A DNA stretch of 25,214 nucleotides. Origin: a virus. Taxonomy: Duplodnaviria; Caudoviricetes. This document shows positions 18,101 to 25,091 of the stretch, in pieces (positions within the stretch are counted from its first letter, which is position 1; each line of letters begins with the position of its first letter). The DNA lies in the IMG/VR virus record IMGVR_UViG_3300045974_000134, positions 1 through 25,214 of that record. One strand, 5' to 3'. A program made the translations under genes and the position numbers. The notes under the pieces are model-generated. The model saw only the letters and a list, made by a program, of their open reading frames with translations. It did not search any database and was not told where the DNA came from.

Positions 18101-18534
18101 TCGCGTGCCATATCGGAAGTTACTATGTCACCGGTACCGTCCGTCAGATTGCTGTTGACGTTGACACACATATTCGAAACATCATAAATCTGTGTATTGC
18201 CATCCACACTTGAGTAGATAAGTTTTATGGTAAAAGGAGGTATTCCCCCTTTCCATGTCACTGTTGGATACATACTGCCATCCCCGAGCACTTCATTGAC
18301 TACATTTGTTATCCTGAATTCATTACCGTTGACGATGATTGCCCTGTTTAAGGCCGGGTTTTGAAACAGCTGGATAATGATGATATACAAATCTTGCGTG
18401 GCATCGGCTGTGTAAGCGATGGTTTTCTTAAAAGGGCGAAGGGAGATAGCTCGTGCAACGGAGGCAGCCTGCTGTTTTGCCATACCGATCACCAAGGCGG
18501 GCAGTTGCGTACCGGCCGCATTGATGATCTTCAT
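15124..18534 (-). CDS. Putative tail fibre/adhesin with tandem Ig-like and MBG-type repeats (1136 aa)
   Basis: TAATG coupling to the tail gene. Repeated W/F-x(4-5)-ITYG-xAL units, an MBG-like unit (ITQKALTVTAN...NYAITFVPGSLVIYKA), two VVNKAxQxI...Q(S/A)GxxN Big_2-like units, and a Trp/Cys/Gly-rich C-terminal domain. Confidence 0.75.
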   Translation of the reverse strand: MKIINAAGTQLPALVIGMAKQQAASVARAISLRPFKKTIAYTADATQDLYIIIIQLFQNPALNRAIIVNGNEFRITNVVNEVLGDGSMYPTVTWKGGIPPFTIKLIYSSVDGNTQIYDVSNMCVNVNSNLTDGTGDIVTSDMAREYIVTKIDDADGWWADDLETEDLGFDETINTQKRQNAIGLQIEDSTTIKGYSNGVLTDLPAPRILFVPFSPNPLYETDGITPTGLFAKYPERRFGPPTWCIPLIHWDQPATITYGEALKVGVQLDAVVHIPGTTTTLPGGLHYWLDVDYTIPAENIVPDANSGLPLYATFQATDTLHYHQAVAEQGIVVNKADQQIYITRDTVTNWGRVGDIGNVKAETRSTYLGVLTATGLSVSINSSNTSVAIFTGDINSSAGATWTFVGAGKVYAYLDQSGDHNHNPAPRLTTATHNVNFAMNAPGGVSFDINDGPITYGEALDVLCWAPIAGNSAYQTSGEPAGWIVHPTPGTYLETNTNGTPREHSITAQFYPLDTDRYPSPMDYEQWLTVNKNIPVPIWSTANSYVYGMKWQDIMNALFYNSHHIEVFGWAVEGVSLYEVSGHSNSVWNGVVENATLMPDVDSGFFVSCQFTPTGVEAHNYEIPEPTNPSDHGFSITQKALTVTANTAYMTYNGSVWNGGNGVTYNGFVPGQDQNVLSGGLTFSGAAQGAINAGSYVNGIVPGGLTSDNYAITFVPGSLVIYKATPDITFSSPEFIIEGQTLSAYKATSSISGITFTYHSGSPSGPIIDMDAAQSFNTGLAIYVVTNETPNYATAWTWDGVVVKGVPIITWPDPAAITYGTALSGTQLNATADVSGTFTYSPPAGTVPNADSGLVLNVTFTPSDSTHYTAATDWAGIVVNKANQYITGYLGDSTLYTGQSTGISITAYGSSGNPVTYSSSNPSIASVSGTTVTATGVGVCYIIASQAGNSNYNAGSFFMQVDVHAAVSTWVLSYNDCADQGIYSDENPSTWANGGTGHSTMPANFLYNNLDGTWEANNSGNGVIHAVKGTYPNREWWTLVWDDDRQDIASPGSGCTDNDSKWHVAWLDWIFGYGGGYGTCDGAAEHHTFNDLVVNHGFNYSGNLSFYPSILRLEYCNATNREAKYKVVRKYNETLT

Positions 18535-20030
18535 TAGCGTGTACGACCAGCGGAAACAGCTACGGCCGGTTCGATGTTTAAAGCGGTAAAAGCAGCCCCG
18601 TTGACGTTTTTGAGTTTGATCTGCCAGAACGTGCCACGAATTCCCCGAGGTGGAGCTGTTCTCAGAGTGTGTGCCGAGGCCAGATCGTCAAACAGAATCA
18701 CATCATCTTCATAGATCGGCTTCTCATTGATAAAATAATCGACCGCCAATTCTCCGCTACAACGGGCCTGAACATAAAGTGCTGGCAAGCCCTTGGCTTC
18801 TTTCTTACCAAAGTCGGTTGACGGCGTTAGTACGAACGCATCAATTTTTTGCGGTAAACTGGGTGCATAATCAGTATCGCCCTCAAAGCGGAATATTCCG
18901 GAAGAATTGACACCAAAACATTCTGAATCAATATTAAATAGACTGGAAAATCCATAGTTTTCAAAGCGGCTGTGCGTGAGATTTGCCAGATTCAAGACCC
19001 ATGTACTGGTAGCGTCAAGGCAGACAATATATTGATTGGTGTCATTTATCACTTTATGTATAGCGGTACCATAAACAGACGGATACAGGGTTATCTTATC
19101 AGCAGAGAGGTTAATGGCAGTGCCTCCTGGTAACCCCGCAAAAATCCCCATTTTTGTAGTCCAGAGAACCGCCATGCCTACTGCCTGCAACTGCGGGATC
19201 AGGCCGGCATGAATCTGGACATCGGTACCGTAGATTGCTCCATATGGTGCTACCTGTACTTGAGAGAACCCTGCTTGCAGCTTACCGGCCTCATCAACGA
19301 CAATCCCGCCACCTTCCAGAAAATAGGTTGCCTTTGTGGTCCCCACAAAAAGGCCATTGCTTACGTGATGAATCATGGTTACTGGATCTGGAAAGCCGGC
19401 AACTACGTTATAGCGGATATCCATCTGCTCGATGTTGTACGTCTTGGTGGCATAGACAAAATTATCAATGGCCAGATACAGTGTGCCGCCAAAATGATGC
19501 AGACACTTTCCGGCCAGAGTCGCCAGCTTGAAAGCGTCAATCTCAAAATTACTGTTTGACGCAACTCCGTTCCAGTTAGCCGGATCAGCAGGATAGTGGC
19601 TTGCCACCCATGCTTCCAATGACGCCACATCTACCCAGTCGCTTGCCTTGTCAATCCGTGTGACCGTAGCTCCATCAATAATGCCTATCTTTTCGTTATC
19701 GGAGAACACGACAACATCATTGACCTGCTCAAACTCGCACACGGACGATACCGTGAAGACCGTAGTCAAGGTCGTGACGGTCACTCCGTTGAATGTGCAG
19801 AGGTGTCCACCAGACACGCAATAGGTCACATTGTCTTTACTGGTCCAGCAGGAACTGATATCTCCGGCCACAACCAGATTGAAGCCGTCTCGCCTGATGG
19901 CATTGTTTTCGTCGTCAAGGTCGCAGTTGCATATATCAATGCACTGCCCATACTGCTTGCTCTTGCCGTTAAAGCAATCAATACTGGCGGGATCTGCCAG
20001 AGTATTCATTCCTGCGAAGTGAAAGCGCAT
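18534..20030 (-). CDS. Probable tail tubular/nozzle (stabilisation) protein (498 aa)
   Basis: Start revised to ATG 20030 (GGAGAGG SD, 1 nt after the upstream TGA). N-terminal FAGMN...NCDLDDENNAIRRDGF and a beta-rich body as in podoviral nozzle proteins; follows the adaptor. Confidence 0.65.
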   Translation of the reverse strand: MRFHFAGMNTLADPASIDCFNGKSKQYGQCIDICNCDLDDENNAIRRDGFNLVVAGDISSCWTSKDNVTYCVSGGHLCTFNGVTVTTLTTVFTVSSVCEFEQVNDVVVFSDNEKIGIIDGATVTRIDKASDWVDVASLEAWVASHYPADPANWNGVASNSNFEIDAFKLATLAGKCLHHFGGTLYLAIDNFVYATKTYNIEQMDIRYNVVAGFPDPVTMIHHVSNGLFVGTTKATYFLEGGGIVVDEAGKLQAGFSQVQVAPYGAIYGTDVQIHAGLIPQLQAVGMAVLWTTKMGIFAGLPGGTAINLSADKITLYPSVYGTAIHKVINDTNQYIVCLDATSTWVLNLANLTHSRFENYGFSSLFNIDSECFGVNSSGIFRFEGDTDYAPSLPQKIDAFVLTPSTDFGKKEAKGLPALYVQARCSGELAVDYFINEKPIYEDDVILFDDLASAHTLRTAPPRGIRGTFWQIKLKNVNGAAFTALNIEPAVAVSAGRTR

Positions 20031-20031
20031 G

Positions 20032-20715
20032 TCAGAACCTCTCCGGGCGGCATACATGCTCTTGAGGATTCATGGCGGCGCGGTTCAACACGATCTGTTC
20101 AATGTCCGCGTCAAACTGTTTGCCCCATTTGGCTGATAGATTCGGGTCGTATCCTTCCAGATCCGGCTTGATGTAGAGATACTTCAAGGCACCATGAATC
20201 ATTTCATCATCCAGCTGTTTTATTTCTGGTGAACTATTTGTTTCCTTTTCCACCAGGGAAAGCAGTGGGAGGCGTTTCACTGTCATAGCAGCAGTGCCGC
20301 CAGTAATAGGTTTACGGTTGAAGCTGACAATATAATCACCAGAATCAACCGTAAAGAATGTGGGCGTACCCTCCGCCTCATCCCAACCGGGATCATATTT
20401 ATCGAGCCAGTCGGTTGTTTTGCGCTCAAGGGGCTTGGTCACTCCCGGAAACTTCAATCGCTCTATGCGCAATATCCGGTCATCAATAGCGTATTCTCTC
20501 GGGAATATCCCGTTAACGGCAGCTATCGTGAACTGACATATTGCAACAGTCGTTGAATCGTGCAGCAGAAATAGTTTCTTGCACAGTTCACGTTCTGCTT
20601 GAGACAATGAAGCGATGATATGAGGAGTTTTCCAAAGGAAATGCGACTCGTGTAATCCTTTCGCGTCATCCAGAAACTCGGTCCGCATCCGTGTAACCAA
20701 CCCCTCGATATTCAT
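20032..20715 (-). CDS. Probable head-tail adaptor / tail tubular protein A (227 aa)
   Basis: Helical N-terminus (LVTRMRTEFLDD...WKTPHIIASLSQAERELCKK), beta-rich middle, helical C-terminus (EMIHGALKYLY); position downstream of capsid. Confidence 0.7.
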   Translation of the reverse strand: MNIEGLVTRMRTEFLDDAKGLHESHFLWKTPHIIASLSQAERELCKKLFLLHDSTTVAICQFTIAAVNGIFPREYAIDDRILRIERLKFPGVTKPLERKTTDWLDKYDPGWDEAEGTPTFFTVDSGDYIVSFNRKPITGGTAAMTVKRLPLLSLVEKETNSSPEIKQLDDEMIHGALKYLYIKPDLEGYDPNLSAKWGKQFDADIEQIVLNRAAMNPQEHVCRPERF

Positions 20716-20718
20716 ACC

Positions 20719-21249
20719 TTACCCCTTGGCTGCTTCGTAAGCTGCATCACGCTCCGGGCCAGTCACTTCAAAACCAAGCTTCTCTTTTAGCGCTTCCACT
20801 TTGGGAGTGCCAGTACTGGTGAAGTCACTTGGATTACCAGTGTTCAGCAGGTCAATAATCGCAGCTTTGATCTGCTCTATTTTCTCACTAGTTGCCGCAG
20901 GAGGTGCAGGGTTTGGCGGAGGCGGTGCAAATCCGTCATTGTCGGAATCCTGCAAGAGCGTCAATGGTGGATTTGACGGGTCAACTTGAGTTGATAGTGC
21001 CCCTGGTGTTTCAACGCCAGAGAGACGGGCCTTAAGGTCGGCAATCTGTTCTTCGGTATACGCGCCCTTTGCAACAGCTTCATGATGGAAGAATAGCGGC
21101 ACGGTACGTGGCGTATCGCCGATACGGCAGCCATGTCCACCATATTCTGTTGAAAGAGTGATCGGCTCTTGGCCAGGCAGAGTGCAGAACTTGGTTTCCG
21201 CAGTCGTAATCACGGAATTCGGGTCAAAATTGTTCGGATTTACTGACAT
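20719..21249 (-). CDS. Hypothetical virion-associated protein (176 aa)
   Basis: AGGAGG SD; C-terminal DFTSTGTPKVEALKEKLGFEVTGPERDAAY small helical module common in phage head regions. Confidence 0.75.
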   Translation of the reverse strand: MSVNPNNFDPNSVITTAETKFCTLPGQEPITLSTEYGGHGCRIGDTPRTVPLFFHHEAVAKGAYTEEQIADLKARLSGVETPGALSTQVDPSNPPLTLLQDSDNDGFAPPPPNPAPPAATSEKIEQIKAAIIDLLNTGNPSDFTSTGTPKVEALKEKLGFEVTGPERDAAYEAAKG

Positions 21250-21275
21250 TGCTATACCCTCCTGTTAGTTAATGT

Positions 21276-21300
21276 AGGGGCGAGAGCTGTCCTCGCCCCT
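21276..21300. terminator. GC-rich intergenic hairpin (terminator or mRNA stabiliser)
   Basis: AGGGGCGAG-N7-CTCGCCCCT perfect 9-bp stem; lacks a clear U-tract on the coding strand. Confidence 0.45.
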
Positions 21301-21310
21301 GTGTGTTAGT

Positions 21311-21715
21311 TTACCGCTGAATGAAATCCGCACGGCCTGGTTCGATATATTCCACGATCAGATATCCTGCGCCTGTGGTTGGAGGTACACCTGTGAACGC
21401 CGAGTTAATGACAAGTGCCCGCTCGTTGGCCGTGTTGTGGACTTTCCCAGTAGGAACCAGTGCGGTAAGAGCAGCAACCTTTGCATCAATTGCCGCCTTG
21501 AAGCGGTTATTGACGGCTTTATCTCCAACTGTGAATACGTTGGTAGTGGAGTTGAACGGTATTGTGATTACTAGTTCTCCGCCACGGACGATTGCGCCGC
21601 CTGGCAAGCCCATTGCCTCATTATCAAAATATGTGGTTGCGCCAAGATCAGCAAAAGTGAAATCTACTTTTTTAACGGCTGGGGATTGTACCCCTGCATC
21701 TTTTGTGATAGCCAT
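21311..21715 (-). CDS. Probable capsid decoration/cement protein (134 aa)
   Basis: Directly after the capsid gene; jelly-roll-like pattern LPGGAIVRGGELVITIPFN...FTVGD...TTGAGYLIVEY. Confidence 0.65.
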   Translation of the reverse strand: MAITKDAGVQSPAVKKVDFTFADLGATTYFDNEAMGLPGGAIVRGGELVITIPFNSTTNVFTVGDKAVNNRFKAAIDAKVAALTALVPTGKVHNTANERALVINSAFTGVPPTTGAGYLIVEYIEPGRADFIQR

Positions 21716-21748
21716 GATCTTACTTCCTTTCGTAAATGAATTTTCGTC

Positions 21749-21832
21749 GGCAGGGTTGCGGCGTTAACCGCTGATGCAACCGGGAAAGCATCACCCTGCC
21801 ACAGGTAAAGGGCGAGCCCTAAGCCCGCCCCT
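21749..21832 (-). other. Structured intergenic RNA after the capsid gene: hairpin plus three-way junction
   Basis: Hairpin AGGGGCGGGC/GCTCGCCCTT (21808-21832), then outer stem GGCAGGGT/ACCCTGCC enclosing GATGC/GCATC and GCGG/CCGC (21749-21800). Confidence 0.55.
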
Positions 21833-21845
21833 CCGGTTTATCCGC

Positions 21846-22964
21846 TTAGAACGGGTCCATGTAGTGATCGACTGCGACCAGCCCGAAGTCCTCTGTACTC
21901 TTATCCAGGTTGCTGTAGAACTTGGGCTTGAGCAGGCCGAAGATTTTGCTTGTGTAGATACCCTGCTGGCTATCGTACTCAAAACCTTTCTCTACCCACT
22001 TGGGAGCGCCAAGATCGGAGAAGCCGAGAGCCTGAGCACCCATAAGCAGAGTACGGCTGCCGTTAATCGCATTGCCTGCGCCCCATCTGGTTGCAGTACC
22101 ATTGGTATTGTATACCAGCGAGTGCTCCTGAATAATCAGGCCGTCAATCGTAACGATACCACCAGTAAAGAATGGGTTCTCATCACCACGCACGCCGCCA
22201 TTAATGACTGCGTTCTTGTAGTCAGCGTCATTCTTAATCATAGCAAGGGTATTGGCGGTAACAAACACCACGTAATACTCTTTCCCGCCTGCAAGCAAAG
22301 GCTTGACCATGTGGCTCTTTGCATAGGCTTTGAGCATGGTCAGCATCTTGTATGATGGTTTGTCGGTTACCGTGATTACAGAAGTATCACCGGCCTCAAG
22401 CATTCCGGTTGTGCCGTTCCAGCGTCTCCATCGTTTAGCGGAAGGAGCGGACACATACGAAGCAAAGTTCAGCTTGGTAAGAGTATCCTTGGTCCGCAAT
22501 GAACCATCGAGGTTGTAGGCATAGGAAATGCCGGACGCGGTGAGGAATGCCAGCTGGTCTGCACGAGAAGCAAGCCAGGTAGAAAGCTTGTCTTTTGCTT
22601 CGCCACGGAAATTAACGACGGTGTTCTGATCGGCCAGTTCGCCCTCGTTGCGGACTGAGTGGTAGATCTCGTCAATCATGATCTCCTGCTGGTATGCCTT
22701 CATTTGCTCTTCGGTGCCTTCTCGCTTGCCACCGACAGAACCAACTCCGCCATCTTCAATGAGGTCGGCAACCAGTGTCATAATGCACTTAAGGCCCCCG
22801 CCTACGGTTTTCTTGAGATCAGTGATTAATTGAATAGGGAAGTTGTCGCCTTTACCGGCGAACTTGGAAAGAATATAGGACTTCTCGCGCATCTGCGAGA
22901 GTACATCGCGGGACCAGATTTTAATCTGATCAGAGCTGAGTGCTCCAAAATTGGTAACTGCCAT
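21846..22964 (-). CDS. Major capsid protein, N4-gp56/DUF4043 type (372 aa)
   Basis: Start revised to ATG 22964 (AGGAGG SD); MAVTNFGALSSDQIKIWSRD...REGTEEQM...NPFFTGGIVTIDGLIIQEH...LLMGAQALG...GLLKPKF...EDFGLVAVD. Confidence 0.9.
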   Translation of the reverse strand: MAVTNFGALSSDQIKIWSRDVLSQMREKSYILSKFAGKGDNFPIQLITDLKKTVGGGLKCIMTLVADLIEDGGVGSVGGKREGTEEQMKAYQQEIMIDEIYHSVRNEGELADQNTVVNFRGEAKDKLSTWLASRADQLAFLTASGISYAYNLDGSLRTKDTLTKLNFASYVSAPSAKRWRRWNGTTGMLEAGDTSVITVTDKPSYKMLTMLKAYAKSHMVKPLLAGGKEYYVVFVTANTLAMIKNDADYKNAVINGGVRGDENPFFTGGIVTIDGLIIQEHSLVYNTNGTATRWGAGNAINGSRTLLMGAQALGFSDLGAPKWVEKGFEYDSQQGIYTSKIFGLLKPKFYSNLDKSTEDFGLVAVDHYMDPF

Positions 22965-23020
22965 GACTGAATTCCTCCTGTGAGTTTGTGTGTGTCGTTT
23001 CGTTTTGACTGCATTGGATT

Positions 23021-23174
23021 TGTGCGGATTAACGCCCGGCACATCGGGCTGAAACGACCACTTATTCACAGGAGCGTCGGTCCCTGGCACAGTATCGCGG
23101 TAGCTTGCGGAATGGTTTAACGTCATACTCAGGACGAAAACGACCGCTTGTGTTCAGGTGCGTCGGTACCTGGC
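23021..23174 (-). repeat. Imperfect tandem duplication (period 86 nt) of a structured element in the capsid leader
   Basis: GCCAGGTACCGACGCACCTG...AAGCGGTCGTTT (23174-23138) and GCCAGGGACCGACGCTCCTG...AAGTGGTCGTTT (23088-23052), each followed by a second hairpin ending CGTTAA(A/T)CC. Confidence 0.75.
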
Positions 23175-23271
23175 CTGTTTGCTATAGAGCGGGAAGGGGT
23201 TACACCTTCAATTCGGGGTTCCTAACCCTCGCTGTCGAATTTAGTTACTTACTGAACTACCGCCCAAGCTT

Positions 23272-24210
23272 TTACAGAATATCTCCGCGTGCTCGTGCGG
23301 CTGCTTCTGTTTTGTTAAATTCCTTAAATTGCTTCTCTGACATCTTATCGATGTTGACTGTAAACGACTCTTCACCTTTGCCGGGAAGTACAGGAGGTTG
23401 AGCAACCGAAGCTGAGGCCGCCGTAGTGCGTGCCTGAATATCGCGTGATTGCCGTACCTGTTCGGCCTTGTTCGGATCAATAGCAGGAGTGGTGGCGCCA
23501 TGTAGAAGGGCAAACTTCGGCCCCTTCTCGTCAACCGCTTTCTGTAGCGCCTCAACCGGTGATAATCCACTTGTGATAAGTTCGGTTGTACGAGCCCTGA
23601 CGGCTACTACGGCATCAACATCAGCTTTCGGAGATTCAATATCCAGAAATGGGTAGATCTCATAAGCAGCTTTTCCTACAGCCTCAAGCGACGATTGCAG
23701 CGTTTCCTGACTGGCACTCTGCTTGATATTGGTTTCCGCTCTTACGGTGGCGACCTGTAAAAGAAGATCGTCAATCTGATCTCCCAGGACGTTTGCCGCT
23801 TCAAGATCGCCCTCTACTTCAAGATCCTTCTGTTGACGGCGCATCTCCCGGATCTTCTCACGAGGATCTTCAACGGTCTGTTGCTGTGCTGCCGGATCAG
23901 CAGGCTGCTCCGCTGCCGGACGCTGTGTAGTCTTGAGTGTTTCAAGCTGTGCCTTGAGGGCCTTGTTTTCCTCGTTTACCTCATTGAAGCGAGCTCGGGG
24001 AATGGTTGCATCCGGTTTTTCTTCTGTTTCAACTTTTACAGATGGTTCCTCCTTCACGAGTTTTGCCAGGATATCAGGGTTGTACTCTGCATCAACACGG
24101 ACTCCCTCTGCTGCTGGTTCAGGCTCAAAAAAATCGCCTCTGTCCTCTACTGCCGGCACTGCTCCGGGCACCGCTTCCGGTACTGCTACTTCTGTTGCTG
24201 ATAATGTCAT
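23272..24210 (-). CDS. Probable capsid scaffolding protein (312 aa)
   Basis: GGAGG SD; acidic E/P/A-rich N-terminus, IPRARFNEVNEENKALKAQLE coiled coil, C-terminal IDKMSEKQF...ARGD; immediately upstream of capsid. Confidence 0.8.
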   Translation of the reverse strand: MTLSATEVAVPEAVPGAVPAVEDRGDFFEPEPAAEGVRVDAEYNPDILAKLVKEEPSVKVETEEKPDATIPRARFNEVNEENKALKAQLETLKTTQRPAAEQPADPAAQQQTVEDPREKIREMRRQQKDLEVEGDLEAANVLGDQIDDLLLQVATVRAETNIKQSASQETLQSSLEAVGKAAYEIYPFLDIESPKADVDAVVAVRARTTELITSGLSPVEALQKAVDEKGPKFALLHGATTPAIDPNKAEQVRQSRDIQARTTAASASVAQPPVLPGKGEESFTVNIDKMSEKQFKEFNKTEAAARARGDIL

Positions 24211-24249
24211 TGTCCTGCCTCCCGGTTGTGTTGTCTGTAACTTGCGGCC

Positions 24250-24435
24250 CTAATCCTTTTCTTTGAGAAGTCCGGCCATCTCGGACATACGAGCCTTTAC
24301 CATCTCGTTAAGGCGCTTGCGGCGTTCAGGGTCTTTCTTGAGTTCAGCTTCAACCTCTTCTGCACGAGAGAGAGCCCGAATATCATCTTCTGTTTCCCAC
24401 TTCTTTTCCTGCTCTGACATTTTTCCTTTTGCCAT
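24250..24435 (-). CDS. Hypothetical charged helical protein (61 aa; 74 aa from alternative ATG 24474)
   Basis: GGGAGG-N6-ATG; MAKGKMSEQEKKWETEDDIRALSRAEEVEAELKKDPERRKR... Confidence 0.75.
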   Translation of the reverse strand: MAKGKMSEQEKKWETEDDIRALSRAEEVEAELKKDPERRKRLNEMVKARMSEMAGLLKEKD

Positions 24436-24485
24436 TGTTGGCCTCCCGCATTGAATAGGTACGCTGCTGTTCATGACTACCTCCG

Positions 24486-24535
24486 AAACGACAAAACCCC
24501 ACACACACGCCATGATTGACGTATATGCGGGGTCT
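24486..24535 (-). terminator. 19-bp leader hairpin with U-rich tail (terminator/attenuator candidate)
   Basis: AGACCCCGCATATACGTCA-ATCA-TGGCGTGTGTGTGGGGTTT pairs fully with five G-U wobbles, on the minus strand only, followed by TGTCGTTT. Confidence 0.65.
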
Positions 24536-24597
24536 ATTTAATCCTGATCTCAGGTAAAAAGATTATCCGCGACTACCGGTATTCAGTTGTTAAGCTG

Positions 24598-24786
24598 TTA
24601 CAGCGGGTTCATCTCTTCAAGCTTGGTACCGACAAGGCCACCCTGATTCAGGTGGAGCGTCAGGTTTCCGGTGAACTTGGCAGTGATGATGCCGCACTCC
24701 TTGCACAGATCAAGCAGATCAAGTGCAGCTTTGCGCGGGTCTTTAACCGGTATGCGGCGTATATGTTGTACAGTGCTGTTAGCCAT
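24598..24786 (-). CDS. Small protein (62 aa), DUF2292/YezD-like; first gene of the late operon
   Basis: AAAGGT SD; KFTGNLTLHLNQGGLVGTKLEE resembles the (F/Y)GxxTxxxxxGxxxxxE beta-hairpin pattern of that family (by eye). Confidence 0.65.
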   Translation of the reverse strand: MANSTVQHIRRIPVKDPRKAALDLLDLCKECGIITAKFTGNLTLHLNQGGLVGTKLEEMNPL

Positions 24787-24800
24787 AAGTAACCTTTATC

Positions 24801-24818
24801 CGCCGTAATTATGACGGA
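24801..24818. promoter_or_regulatory. Operator-like site, copy 1 (CGCCGTAAttatGACGGA)
   Basis: Inside the imperfect palindrome TATCCGCCGTAATTATGACGGATA (24797-24820) that covers the -10 box; repeated at 13498-13515. Confidence 0.68.
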
Positions 24819-24835
24819 TAGTAAAATGTTGTCAA
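24808..24835 (-). promoter_or_regulatory. sigma70-type promoter of the virion operon
   Basis: TTGACA (24835-24830), 16 nt, CATAAT (24813-24808), preceded by an A-tract (UP-like). Confidence 0.8.
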
Positions 24836-24922
24836 GAACTTTTTATTTGTTGCTTATAGCGTGATGCAACTGCCCTACGCTGGTGCCGGGTTGACTCGGG
24901 GTGACGGGCCTTGGTGATCTGC

Positions 24923-25091
24923 TCAATTTACGGGTCTGTTCGTCTTCATGCGCTGTCTCTGTGCTTCCAGATATGCCTCTTCATCCTGTTTGCGTTGTAC
25001 ATAATCCGCCTGGTCACGCATACGTTTGAAGTACCATAGTATAACGGCTTGAGTACAGCAGCGGGCTTTATCGCCTGCTGCCACGTTTTGT
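24923..25091 (-). pseudogene. 3' fragment of a phage CDS interrupted by the intron
   Basis: Open frame from the intron junction: QNVAAGDKARCCTQAVILWYFKRMRDQADYVQRKQDEEAYLEAQRQRMKTNRPVN*. Protein-like; its 5' part is presumably beyond the intron. Confidence 0.55.

Larger units (their letters stand above)
1..25091 (-). mobile_element. Phage/prophage virion morphogenesis module (podovirus-like, N4-gp56-type capsid, giant DarB-like ejected protein)
   Basis: Co-oriented, tightly packed minus-strand genes in the order scaffold-capsid-decoration-adaptor-tail-fibre-ejection-giant MTase/helicase. No tape measure or sheath gene is seen. Terminase, portal, integrase and att sites are not in the window, so prophage versus free phage cannot be decided. 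Confidence 0.92.

Noticed and set aside
20031-20057. ORF-track start for the tail gene
   Set aside because: Overlaps the upstream gene; ATG 20030 has an SD and abuts the upstream stop.
22965-23126. 54-codon N-terminal extension of the capsid ORF
   Set aside because: ATG 22964 has AGGAGG and gives a typical capsid N-terminus; the extension coincides with the structured repeat.
23021-23174. Repeat as a CRISPR array or a known ribozyme (hammerhead, pistol)
   Set aside because: Only two imperfect copies and no cas genes; the catalytic core consensus sequences are not matched.
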